A DNA stretch of 27,119 nucleotides from Chthoniobacteraceae bacterium (GTDB lineage: Bacteria > Verrucomicrobiota > Verrucomicrobiia > Chthoniobacterales > Chthoniobacteraceae): positions 1 through 27,119 of the forward strand of contig DASVRY010000468.1 of assembly GCA_036388395.1 (NCBI GenBank), read 5' to 3'. The notes beneath the pieces were generated by a model. It made no database searches. It was not told the DNA's origin and saw only the letters and a program-made list of their open reading frames with translations. The position numbers were made by a program, and so were the translations under genes. This document shows, piece by piece, positions 15,941-24,774 of this stretch (position 1 is its first letter; the number at the start of each line of letters is the position of its first letter).

Positions 15941-17206
15941 CTAGAACTTGTTCTGCCGGTAAGCGCCCATTTTCGGCGCATCGGGATTCACCTCTGGGCC
16001 AAAGTAGCGGAGCACAACGAGCGGCTCGACGCTGCTCGTGTTCTCGAAGGTCACGCCCGCTTTTGCGCCGGTCTCGGTGCAGAAATATTCGTCGTCGGTA
16101 AGCTCGTGGAAGCGGATGAGCTTCGGTGAGCTGAGCGGCTGTCCGTTGATCTTCCCAAGGCCTTGCACGCAAATCAGGCCGTAGGCGCCGTTGTCCTTGA
16201 TCGTGCACTTGGTGCCCGGGTCGACCGTGAGTTCCTTGGCAGTGAAGAGTTGCTCGCCGTCGACCTTGCCGTAGACGATCCACCGATCGACGTAGCCTTC
16301 GCTGCGAGTGTCGGCAACCGGCACCGGCTCAAGGTAGTGGTTCTCTTTAAAGTTCGGGTCGACATTCTTCTCCCAATGAAGCTGCTCGACGATGAAGTCG
16401 AGGTCCTGGTGCTTCTCCTTCGGCATATCTTTGACGAGCAACGCCCATGGCACTTCGCGGCCTTCGACGAGACTCTGATACATGCCAAAAACGTCGCTGC
16501 CCCACTGGGGCTCGTAGGTGCACAGCGAACCCGGGGCGTGGAGAACGCATGGATCGATGAGCCAGCCAGTGCCGGCCTTCAATCGATAGGCCTTCGAGAG
16601 GTCCAGGATGCCATTGTCGCCCTTGTTCCAATCCTCCAGGCACTTCCGTACCTGCGCCTTGGTCGTGCCGGGCTCGAAGCCCATGAACGTATACGGGAAG
16701 TTATTCCCGACGTTGTTGTGCTGCGGTGGGAAGTAGTACGACTCGGGCTTTCCTTCCTGGCCGACGAGCGCCGCCTGCTCCCTGGACTGGTGCATGTGAT
16801 GCGGGATCGGCCCCATGTTATCGAAGAACTTCGAGTAAACGGGCCACTTGTTATATTTTCCCCAGATCGACTCGCCGATGAGCGTCGCGCCACACTCGGC
16901 GACTGCCTGCTGCAGGGTGAACCGCTGATCGCCCACAACGACGTAGCTGAGCCCTTCGTCCTCGCGCCGGTTGTCGTTCGCGGCGGGCGTCGTGGAGGCA
17001 AACCAACGTTCGTCGATTCCGCCGCGGTTCAAGCCGAAGGCGTAGAGATCATCCGGATGAAGCTTCAGCCGCTTGCCTGGCTGCAGGAAGCTGCGCGGCA
17101 CCCAGCAGGGCGCGAGGCGCAGAAGGCCGCCGGTTTCCCCGAGAGCGCCCTCGACAAGTGACTGAGTGCGGCTTTCGACGGTTTTCAGATTCAGGATCGA
17201 ATTCAT
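15941..17206 (-). CDS. Cupin-fold protein, mannose-6-phosphate-isomerase (class I)-like
   Basis: From ATG 17206: GGIDERWFAS, KFFDNMGPIPHHMHQ, KPESYYF and LHAPGSLCTYEPQWGSD give a Q/H-x-H...E...H cupin metal site; 421 aa; substrate uncertain. Confidence 0.65.
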   Translation of the reverse strand: MNSILNLKTVESRTQSLVEGALGETGGLLRLAPCWVPRSFLQPGKRLKLHPDDLYAFGLNRGGIDERWFASTTPAANDNRREDEGLSYVVVGDQRFTLQQAVAECGATLIGESIWGKYNKWPVYSKFFDNMGPIPHHMHQSREQAALVGQEGKPESYYFPPQHNNVGNNFPYTFMGFEPGTTKAQVRKCLEDWNKGDNGILDLSKAYRLKAGTGWLIDPCVLHAPGSLCTYEPQWGSDVFGMYQSLVEGREVPWALLVKDMPKEKHQDLDFIVEQLHWEKNVDPNFKENHYLEPVPVADTRSEGYVDRWIVYGKVDGEQLFTAKELTVDPGTKCTIKDNGAYGLICVQGLGKINGQPLSSPKLIRFHELTDDEYFCTETGAKAGVTFENTSSVEPLVVLRYFGPEVNPDAPKMGAYRQNKF

Positions 17207-17334
17207 AGAAGGGGCAGATGAGGAGCGGGCCTTTATTTCAACGGCTGCCGGAGCCGTCAATACTTTGGGTAATCTGATCGCCGTGGTGAGGATCTGCATT
17301 GCACGAGCGGGACGGGCTGTTGCAACGGGATGTG

Positions 17335-17492
17335 GAAGAGTTCCGGGGAGCGCACTCGTCTCGAGTGCCGGTGATGGCGTCGCGCCATCACGAACTTCAC
17401 ACGGGTATGTTATCGCGCATGGGCAGAAAAGTTCGTTTTCCGCGGGACGCGGAAACCAGCACTCGGCACGAGTGCGCTCCCCGGAAGTCTTC
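17335..17492. repeat. Repeat family B: REP-doublet (REPIN)/MITE-like nested palindrome, about 158 bp
   Basis: Perfect 19-bp inverted repeat ttccggggagcgcactcgt (17341-17359) / acgagtgcgctccccggaa (17468-17486), extendable to about 34 bp; internal hairpins at 17371-17391 and 17437-17455. Confidence 0.85.
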
Positions 17493-17589
17493 AGCGACGC
17501 CTTTCTTGCCTAGCTAAATGCCACAGCGCACCGGAAAACCGCTCTCCAAGGCCCCGCTCAATCTATGGTTTCCAACGGCTAACGAGCAC

Positions 17590-20500
17590 TTACTTCGCCG
17601 AGAACATCGGAGCCTTCTCGTTGCCGCCGCTCTCGAGGTACGCCAGCAGGTCGAGAATCTCTTCTTTGTTCAGCGTATTCAGCAGACCCGGAGGCATTAG
17701 TGAGGCGGGCGACATCTCGCGACTCGTGATCGACGCTTTGGTGATCGTCGTCTTCGTTCCGGCAACCGGGTCTGTTACAAGGATCAGGTTGAAGTTGTTT
17801 TCCTCAGCCACTTGTCCGACGAACGTTTCCCCGGCCTTGGTCGAGACAATCACGCTTGCATACTGCTCGGAGACCGCTTTCGACGGATCGATGATCGACT
17901 CGAGAAGATCGTTCCGGTTGAAGCGATTGCCGACGGCAGTGATATCCGGGCCGACGTTGCCGCCACGCTCGGGGCCGAACTGGTGACACTGCGCACATTG
18001 CGCCGCAGAATACATGGCCTTCCCGCGAGCGAAGTTCCGCCCGCCGCCGATCTTGTTCAGCTCAGGCGTAAGATCCGCCATGGTCCAAGGCTTCACGAAG
18101 GCGCGGGGCTCCACTGGCGCAGGCTTCTTCGGCGCGGATCCCACAGTGGAGAGCGACGCCAGTTGCGTGCGTTCGCTTTCGCTCACCTTTGCGAGGGCCT
18201 GCTCACGGATGCGCAGGATAAACTTCGCAAAGCTGTTCCCGCCTTTGTAGCCGCCAGCCTGATTGAACCAGGCAAAATATTTCTCACGCTGCCCGGGCGC
18301 CCACGTCTTCGCCTCGCGCAAGACGAACGCAAACCAGATCTGTTCCGCCGGATCCTGACTGCTGGCGAGAAGGTCGAGGGTTTTTGCGACGACATCCGGC
18401 GCATCGAGGAACACGAGCAACTGACTCAGCTCGTGGTTCAAGGCATAGCTTTTCGCAGGATACTGCTTCGCGAGTTTCTCGACTGCGAGAGCCGCGATTT
18501 CGTCGGAGGGCCGCCCGTGACGGCTGAACGAAACCTGGATCACTCGGAGCTTGTTCAGCTTCCCCTCTTCATCGAGCTGATCGAGCGGAATACGGGTAAG
18601 CGCCTGGAATAGCGCGAGCTGATCTTCCTTCGCACCGACACGGGCGAGGCCGAGTAGGGCGTTTAACGCTGCGACGGGGTTCGTCTCAGCGATTGCGCGG
18701 TCGCGCCATTGCCGGGCAGGCTGAGCCTCGATCGCCAGCCGTGCAGCATAGCGAATCACACGATCAGGATGGCCGAGATGCGGCCAGGCGGCGGCAAGGG
18801 CGGCGGAGTTTGGTGCGCCATGAAATGCTTCAAGTTCGTGCCGCAGCTTGCGCTCTGCACTGCCGGCGGTGGTCGCGGCGAGTGGACCGGCCGCTGCGGC
18901 CGGTGCGGTGTGGCTCACGCGGTAGAGGGCGGCTTGTGTGCCTCGGCCGCCGATGAGGAAATACATCGCTCCATCTTTCCCAAACTCCAGATCAGTGACC
19001 GGCAGGCCTTTGCCCTGAAGGAAGACCTCCACCTCCGGACTGGCGTTCTGCTGGTCCAGTTTATACGGGTTCGGGAGCGGATTCGCAGCCGTGTAGCTCG
19101 CGCCTTTCGGCTGGAGGTGAACAGCAAGGATGCGACCGTAGGTCCAGTCCATCGCGAAGAACGCCCGCCGGTATTTCTCGGGATAATTGCTCGCTGTGCC
19201 AAACTTCACCCCAGTCGGCGAACCGAGGCCGACATCCACCGTCGTTGGCACGCTGTCTGGGTAGTACTCGGGCCACTTCGCGCTGCCCTCTCGGAAGCCG
19301 TATTCACCGCCACTGGGGATGTGGTAAACCCGCGTCGGGCGATACCAGGGCAGCCCGACATCCCACTCCATATCGGAGTCGTAGGTGAAGAGCTCTCCGT
19401 CGGCGTTGAAATCGATGTCATACTGGTTGCGGAAGCCGCCAGCGAAAACCTCCCACTTGGAGCCATTCTCATCGGTCCGCAGGACGTAGCCATAAGGCAC
19501 AACGAGCTTGTCGAAAAACGTCGCCACCGGGTCGAAAATTCGGGGGAGCAAATTCTCCTCGCTGTAGTTTCGATACGGCGACTCTGCAGCCACTCCCGCG
19601 ACCAAAGGCGTGCTGTTTCCGTGTGCGATGTAGATCTGCTTGTCCGGTCCGAGCACGAGCGCGTGCGCGCCATGTTCACCACCGCCATTGGGCACGGCCT
19701 TGAAGAGTTTCGCCTCGTCGAGGACATCGTCCGCATTGGTATCACGAACGCGATAGATCGCCGATCCGTTCGGGCCCTCGCCATTCACATAAAGGCTATC
19801 GAAGGCCCAGAGCATCCCCATCGCAGCACTGACCGGGAGATCCAAGGGCTCGACCTTCTCGATCTGGCCCGTGCTGGTGAGGGTAATCCGGAGCATCTTC
19901 TCGCGACCTTGCGGAGAGACATACAGGCGGCCTTTACCATCGACGGCGATCGAGACCCACGACCCCTCTCCTGGCTGCGCCGTGCGAAGGAGCTCCACCT
20001 TGAAACCCGGCAGCACGGTGATCTGCTCAGCTGGGGTTGCTTCTTTGGCTTTTTTGCCTGCTTCGGCCTCCCTGGCCTCCTTGCTGGCAAAGACATTGCC
20101 CCATGGCTCCGCTCCGAACTTGCCGACCGTCGCAGCTTTGCTCCAACCGGTGGTCACAAAGCCTGGTGCATTCCAGCCCGGCTTCGCCTCCGCTGAAGCC
20201 AGCCATTCCCCGTTGGTGATTAATTTCTGCTTTTTCCCGTCTTCAAGTTCGAGCTCGAGCTGCAGCACAAGGCCGCCGAGGCCTCCAACATTCTTCCCCT
20301 CGACCGCGATGACGTTCTCGCCGCCTTTCAGATGCTCTGTTACTTTGGCCTTCAAGGGTTCGCCCCAAGCCTTCGATTTGCCAACTTCCTGCCCGTTGAT
20401 GAAGAGGGTCATTTGATCGTCGCAAGACGCACCCACGTGCGCATTGAGCACCTTGCCGACGATCGTGAAGCTCTGCCGGAAATAACGGACCTCGTTGTCG

Positions 20501-20595
20501 CCCGGCTTGCCAAGCCAGATCCAATCTGGTTTCTGCGCTATTGCCGTGAGGGCGCCGAGGAAGCTGAGGAGGAAAATTCTAGACAGGAATCGCAT
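17590..20595 (-). CDS. PVC-type secreted heme-c protein: beta-sandwich N-domain, dehydrogenase-like beta-propeller, HEAT-like repeats and C-terminal heme-binding domain
   Basis: Signal peptide from ATG 20595; WIW...RYFRQSF...DD...LFINGQEVG N-domain; GFRNQYDIDFNADGELFTYDSDMEWD propeller; C-terminal RGKAMY...CAQCH...GGNVGPDIT...LLESIIDPS...SLMPPGLL...DLLAYL. Confidence 0.9.
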   Translation of the reverse strand: MRFLSRIFLLSFLGALTAIAQKPDWIWLGKPGDNEVRYFRQSFTIVGKVLNAHVGASCDDQMTLFINGQEVGKSKAWGEPLKAKVTEHLKGGENVIAVEGKNVGGLGGLVLQLELELEDGKKQKLITNGEWLASAEAKPGWNAPGFVTTGWSKAATVGKFGAEPWGNVFASKEAREAEAGKKAKEATPAEQITVLPGFKVELLRTAQPGEGSWVSIAVDGKGRLYVSPQGREKMLRITLTSTGQIEKVEPLDLPVSAAMGMLWAFDSLYVNGEGPNGSAIYRVRDTNADDVLDEAKLFKAVPNGGGEHGAHALVLGPDKQIYIAHGNSTPLVAGVAAESPYRNYSEENLLPRIFDPVATFFDKLVVPYGYVLRTDENGSKWEVFAGGFRNQYDIDFNADGELFTYDSDMEWDVGLPWYRPTRVYHIPSGGEYGFREGSAKWPEYYPDSVPTTVDVGLGSPTGVKFGTASNYPEKYRRAFFAMDWTYGRILAVHLQPKGASYTAANPLPNPYKLDQQNASPEVEVFLQGKGLPVTDLEFGKDGAMYFLIGGRGTQAALYRVSHTAPAAAAGPLAATTAGSAERKLRHELEAFHGAPNSAALAAAWPHLGHPDRVIRYAARLAIEAQPARQWRDRAIAETNPVAALNALLGLARVGAKEDQLALFQALTRIPLDQLDEEGKLNKLRVIQVSFSRHGRPSDEIAALAVEKLAKQYPAKSYALNHELSQLLVFLDAPDVVAKTLDLLASSQDPAEQIWFAFVLREAKTWAPGQREKYFAWFNQAGGYKGGNSFAKFILRIREQALAKVSESERTQLASLSTVGSAPKKPAPVEPRAFVKPWTMADLTPELNKIGGGRNFARGKAMYSAAQCAQCHQFGPERGGNVGPDITAVGNRFNRNDLLESIIDPSKAVSEQYASVIVSTKAGETFVGQVAEENNFNLILVTDPVAGTKTTITKASITSREMSPASLMPPGLLNTLNKEEILDLLAYLESGGNEKAPMFSAK

Positions 20596-20747
20596 GGGGA
20601 AGAAAAAACGTAGAGCCGGAAACCGAGACGATGGAGTTTCCGGGTAAAGCATGGCAAGCCCAAGGTTCTTAGGCGCCTCGAGAGGACAAACCTCCTTCGC
20701 GGCACTTCAACCGCGAGTCCCGACCGGGCTCTGCAATGACGAGAAGT

Positions 20748-20987
20748 CTAGCGCCCGAATGGGCCTACCACGAACTTCCGCACGCCCCGGTAAGCGCAAA
20801 TCACGCAGGCCGGAGCAGACGAACGCCTCGCGTTCACCTGGGCCTGAGACGCTTGTTGAGGGCTGGCGCTGAGTTGATGGAAGCCGTGCTCGTCTTCATA
20901 CCCCACTGGGGCAGAAGCGATCGAGCGTGCCAGAAAGACGCTCGCAAAGACGTAGAAGAGGAGAACGAATGCCAGGGGGAGAAGCAT
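20748..20987 (-). CDS. Small single-TM hypothetical protein (79 aa) with APVGYEDEHGFH motif
   Basis: MLLPLAFVLLFYVFASVFLARSIASAPVGYEDEHGFHQ: hydrophobic N-terminal helix followed by an acidic/aromatic motif. Confidence 0.6.
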   Translation of the reverse strand: MLLPLAFVLLFYVFASVFLARSIASAPVGYEDEHGFHQLSASPQQASQAQVNARRSSAPACVICAYRGVRKFVVGPFGR

Positions 20988-21138
20988 GCAGGAGTTACGT
21001 TGCACGATTGGGAGTTGGATGGAAGGTTATTCCTCGTTTCTGCAGATTTCTGAGAAAAATTATCTCTCAAGTTGCAGTCTGATTCGCAAATGCGCAGATC
21101 AACGTCCGGCCAGACCTTTCTCGCCGATGCCTAGGGAT

Positions 21139-21480
21139 ATGAAAACGTCAAAGAAGACTCGCAAAGCAATCCGCAAATCCGTGCGGAAAGCAGTGAAGCG
21201 GCACAGCATTGCGACAGGGTTTGTAACGGGCGTAGCCACGGCCATGGCGCTCTCCGCAAGCGGCTTACCAAAGATACTCAGTGAAGCGACCGGGACAGGC
21301 CTGGCCAATCTCATGCGTTTCCGCAAAGGGATGAATGGTGGCCTGTTCAACGGACTGAAGACCGCGACGACCGACGCGCTGAACCGCGCCGGCCATTACT
21401 TTCAATCTGAGCCTGAACAGGAGATTGCCCATGAGCGCCCCGTCACTCGACGAACCTCTGGAACGCGCTCACGCGCTTGA
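21139..21480 (+). CDS. Hypothetical basic protein (113 aa)
   Basis: AGGGA 5' of ATG 21139; MKTSKKTRKAIRKSVRKAVKRH followed by the hydrophobic stretch IATGFVTGVATAMAL; resembles the next gene. Confidence 0.65.
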   Translation: MKTSKKTRKAIRKSVRKAVKRHSIATGFVTGVATAMALSASGLPKILSEATGTGLANLMRFRKGMNGGLFNGLKTATTDALNRAGHYFQSEPEQEIAHERPVTRRTSGTRSRA

Positions 21481-21548
21481 ACGCCGGCCTTGGAAAGGCA
21501 CGAGTAAAAGGAACCCGGAGAGATCCAATCGTCGATTGGGGAAGCACG

Positions 21549-21737
21549 ATGCTCGAGCTGATACCAAAGGGAACGCGTCGAAAGCTGCGTAGAACCATCA
21601 AACGGGTCGTCCGCCGGCATGGGCCGGAACTCATCGCGGCCGCCGCGACGGGCGTCATTACCAGTCTGCTCTCCGCTCTGGCAGTTCGTGAGGAAGGCAA
21701 AAAAGAAAAGAAAAAGAAGAAAAAGAAGAAGCACTAA
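21549..21737 (+). CDS. Hypothetical basic protein with poly-Lys tail (62 aa)
   Basis: MLELIPKGTRRKLRRTIKRVVRRHGPELIAAAATGVITSLLSALAVREEGKKEKKKKKKKKH; followed by a terminator. Confidence 0.65.
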   Translation: MLELIPKGTRRKLRRTIKRVVRRHGPELIAAAATGVITSLLSALAVREEGKKEKKKKKKKKH

Positions 21738-21756
21738 CGCCGTCCACTTGTCTCCG

Positions 21757-21795
21757 AAAGCCCGGCATCCGGCTTCGGTTGCCGGGTTTTCTTTT
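21757..21795 (+). terminator. Rho-independent terminator
   Basis: Stem cccggcatccg / cggttgccggg with loop gctt, followed by ttttctttt; 20 nt after the stop at 21737. Confidence 0.8.
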
Positions 21796-21980
21796 CTAGC
21801 ACAAGTGAACTCACAGCGCTGCGACGACCCCAGCCGTCGAGCGACGGCTCCGGCCCTCTCGATTCCCGACCGTTGAATCCGTCCCTTCCATGCTCTCCAA
21901 CATCCAGAAAACCACGTCCAAAGATTTTCGCTGACCGACGGAGGCAACCAGCTATCCTCGCCACCCCGACTTTTCCCGAC

Positions 21981-22460
21981 ATGGACGACCTCATCCCGCT
22001 GCTGCGACAGAATGCCCGGACCTCGAATGAGGATCTGGCAAAAGAACTCAACGCCAGTGAGGAGCAAGTCGCCGCCCGAATTCAGGCGCTCGAGCAAGAT
22101 GGGGTGATCCTCGGCTACCAGGCGATCGTGGATCCGCAAAAGTTTGATTCGGCACCAGTCTCGGCCGTCATCGAGGTGAAGATCACCCCGGAGCGCGGTG
22201 GCGGCTTCGATCGACTGGCGAATCGCATCGCGAAATTCGATCAGGTGCAGAGCTGCTACCTGATGTCAGGCGGCTACGATCTGCTCGTCATTGCGCAAGG
22301 CGAGACACTCCAGGAGATTGCAAACTTCATTTCGGAAAAGCTCAGCACAATCCGCGGCGTGCTTTCGACGGCCACGCACTTCCGATTGAAGAGCTACAAG
22401 GAGAATGGCGTCTCGCTGGTCCGTGATGAAGTGCCGCAACGGCTTGCGGTCGCCCCTTAG
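21981..22460 (+). CDS. Lrp/AsnC-family transcriptional regulator
   Basis: LLRQNARTSNEDLAKEL...RIQALEQDGVILGYQAIV HTH, and VQSCYLMSGGYDLLV RAM domain; start at ATG 21981. Confidence 0.95.
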   Translation: MDDLIPLLRQNARTSNEDLAKELNASEEQVAARIQALEQDGVILGYQAIVDPQKFDSAPVSAVIEVKITPERGGGFDRLANRIAKFDQVQSCYLMSGGYDLLVIAQGETLQEIANFISEKLSTIRGVLSTATHFRLKSYKENGVSLVRDEVPQRLAVAP

Positions 22461-22508
22461 CGCGGCTCCGCCCGCCTGCATCTTGCACCTTCTACATCTC
22501 AAGCTTTG

Positions 22509-23681
22509 ATGACTCTCAAGAAACACATCGCGACCCACGTGCGCGACATCCCGAAATCGGGCATTCGCGAGTTCTTCGATATCGTCGCACAGGAAAAGGA
22601 CGTGATCTCCCTCGGCGTCGGCGAACCGGACTTTGACACGCCGTGGCACATTCGCGAGGCGGCGATCTATTCGCTCGAGAAAGGGCGAACGCACTACACC
22701 TCGAATCTAGGTCTACCGGAACTGCGGACTGCCATTTCGCGGTACGTGACCAAGCATTTCGGCATCACCTACGATCCAAAGACGGAGGTGATCATCACTG
22801 TCGGCGTGAGCGAAGCCCTCGACCTCGCCCTCCGTGCCTTGCTCAATCCCGGCGACGAGGTGCTTTACCACGAGCCGTGCTACGTCAGCTACTCGCCGAG
22901 CGTCACCATGGCGCATGGCCGCGCAGTGGCGATCGCCACATCGGCGGAAAACAACTTCCAGCTCACGGCCGCGGCGTTGCAGGAGAAAATCACCGACCGC
23001 TCCAAGGTGTTGATGCTCAACTTCCCGTGCAACCCCACGGGCGCGACGCAAACCCGATCGGAGCTGGAGAAGATCGCCCGCCTTTGCATCGATCACGATC
23101 TGATCGTCCTGACCGACGAGATCTATAGCGAGCTGACCTACGACGGGGGCGAGCATGTGAGCATCGCTTCGCTGCCGGGCATGCGCGAACGCTGCGTTTT
23201 CCTCCACGGCTTTTCGAAGGCTTTCGCCATGACCGGTTTCCGGATCGGGTACGCGTGTGCGCCGCCAATCCTCACCGACGCGATGATGAAGGTGCATCAA
23301 TACGCAATCCTCTGCGCCAACACCATGGCGCAGGACGCCGCGATCGAGGCGCTGGATCACGGCGCGCGCGACGTCGAAGCGATGCGTCGGGAGTATGAGC
23401 ATCGCCGAAATTATATCGTCCGGGCCTTTAATGACTTGGGCCTGAAATGTTTCCAGCCCGTTGGTGCATTCTACATTTTCCCAGACATCCGGACGAGCGG
23501 GTTGAGCAGCCGCGAGTTTTCGCTCGGCCTGCTGGAGAAAAAGAAGGTCGCGTGTGTGCCGGGGCCGGCGTTTGGCCCGAGCGGCGAAGGATACGTCCGC
23601 TGCTGCTACGCGACCAGCCTTGAACAAATCAAAACTGCCATGGAACGAATCTCTGACTTCCTCGAGGAGGTGCGCCAATGA
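22509..23681 (+). CDS. PLP-dependent class I/II aminotransferase
   Basis: SLGVGEPDFDTP, NFPCNPTG, DEIYSEL, GFSKAFAMTGFRIG (PLP Lys), VPGPAFG..GEGYVR. Confidence 0.96.
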   Translation: MTLKKHIATHVRDIPKSGIREFFDIVAQEKDVISLGVGEPDFDTPWHIREAAIYSLEKGRTHYTSNLGLPELRTAISRYVTKHFGITYDPKTEVIITVGVSEALDLALRALLNPGDEVLYHEPCYVSYSPSVTMAHGRAVAIATSAENNFQLTAAALQEKITDRSKVLMLNFPCNPTGATQTRSELEKIARLCIDHDLIVLTDEIYSELTYDGGEHVSIASLPGMRERCVFLHGFSKAFAMTGFRIGYACAPPILTDAMMKVHQYAILCANTMAQDAAIEALDHGARDVEAMRREYEHRRNYIVRAFNDLGLKCFQPVGAFYIFPDIRTSGLSSREFSLGLLEKKKVACVPGPAFGPSGEGYVRCCYATSLEQIKTAMERISDFLEEVRQ

Positions 23682-24394
23682 ACGGCGTGAAGAAAGCTGT
23701 CCTGCTCGCTGCGGGCAAAGGCACCCGCATGAGGGAACTTACCGCCGAGCTGCCCAAGCCGATGATCGCGGTGCGTGGGAAACCGATCCTCCAGCACATT
23801 ATCGAAGGCCTTGCCGCAGCCGGAGTTGATCGCGTCTTGATTGTGGTTGGCTATCGCGCCGATGTTGTGCAGGACTACTTTGGAAACGGGGAGAAGTTCG
23901 GAGTGGCCATCGAATACGTGACGCAGGTGGTGCAGGATGGGACGGGTCGAGTGGTCGATCTGGCTAAGGATTTCGCGGGAAGCGACGCCTTTATCCTCAG
24001 CTACGGCGACATCTTGATCACACCCGCCAACTATCCGCAGCTCGTCGCGCTCGGTGCGAATGAGGCGCTCGTGAGCGTGAAGCGAAACGAGAGCGAGATG
24101 GCGAAAGGCGGCTGTGTCGTCGTGAACGAGCACTTTGAGCTCACGGACTTGATCGAAAAACCGAGCGGCCCAGCCCCGAGTCCTTGGTACAACGCCGGCG
24201 TCTACACGTTTCGCCCGAGCATCTTCGAGTTCACCGCACGTCTGGAGAAATCCCCGCGCGGCGAATACGAGCTGACCGACGCAATTCGCGCCCTGGCCCA
24301 GTCCGGCAAGATCGTCCGCGCATTGGAGCTGACTGGTGATTGGGCCGACGTCCGTGATCCGGAAGTTCTCGCCGAGCTAAACGCGGAGCAGTAG
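23678..24394 (+). CDS. Sugar-phosphate nucleotidyltransferase (NTP_transferase family)
   Basis: KAVLLAAGKGTRM...LPKPM, EKP, RGEYELTDAI; ATGA overlap with the aminotransferase stop. Confidence 0.93.
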   Translation: MNGVKKAVLLAAGKGTRMRELTAELPKPMIAVRGKPILQHIIEGLAAAGVDRVLIVVGYRADVVQDYFGNGEKFGVAIEYVTQVVQDGTGRVVDLAKDFAGSDAFILSYGDILITPANYPQLVALGANEALVSVKRNESEMAKGGCVVVNEHFELTDLIEKPSGPAPSPWYNAGVYTFRPSIFEFTARLEKSPRGEYELTDAIRALAQSGKIVRALELTGDWADVRDPEVLAELNAEQ

Positions 24395-24421
24395 CTGCGG
24401 CCACTTCCGGGAGGTACGTCT

Positions 24422-24574
24422 ATGCTGGCTTGGGCGGTGTCCGAAAAAGGATCTGCGATCAACACGCTGATTGAGAGATTCCTCGCGTCCTTGCCGTGGA
24501 TGCAGTCCTACACAGTGGGTATCCTGTTCCTGCTTGCGCCTATTCTCGCGACCTGGGCGGTCGAATTCCTTTGA
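24422..24574 (+). CDS. Unannotated small membrane protein (50 aa)
   Basis: Perfect SD GGAGGT (24410-24415) 6 nt before ATG; MLAWAVSEKGSAINTLIERFLASLPWMQSYTVGILFLLAPILATWAVEFL; below the ORF-track length cutoff. Confidence 0.55.
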   Translation: MLAWAVSEKGSAINTLIERFLASLPWMQSYTVGILFLLAPILATWAVEFL

Positions 24575-24732
24575 ACACCACTCTTCCTCAGATCACCAGC
24601 GCGAAGCGGATCTCCTTCGGCCAGGCGTTCGGCTGCTGCTGCTCGCCTGGGTGCTGACTAGCTTCCGCCTCTCTTTTTGGATCTCCAGCTCATAAGCTAG
24701 AACAGCCCTACGCAAGAGGAGTGCGGTGGGCC

Positions 24733-24771
24733 CGTCTCTTCGTCTCTTCGTCTCTTCGTCTCTTCGTCTCT
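24733..24771. repeat. Tandem 8-bp repeat (CGTCTCTT) x about 4.9
   Basis: Four perfect units and one 7/8 unit, starting 3 nt after the stop of the pilP-like gene. Confidence 0.95.
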
Positions 24772-24774
24772 CCG

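Noticed and set aside
21981-23681. Lrp regulator plus aminotransferase as a novel unit
   Set aside because: A common, well-known pairing; ordinary amino-acid metabolism.
24733-24771. Tandem repeat as a CRISPR array
   Set aside because: 8-bp units with no spacers, and no cas genes.
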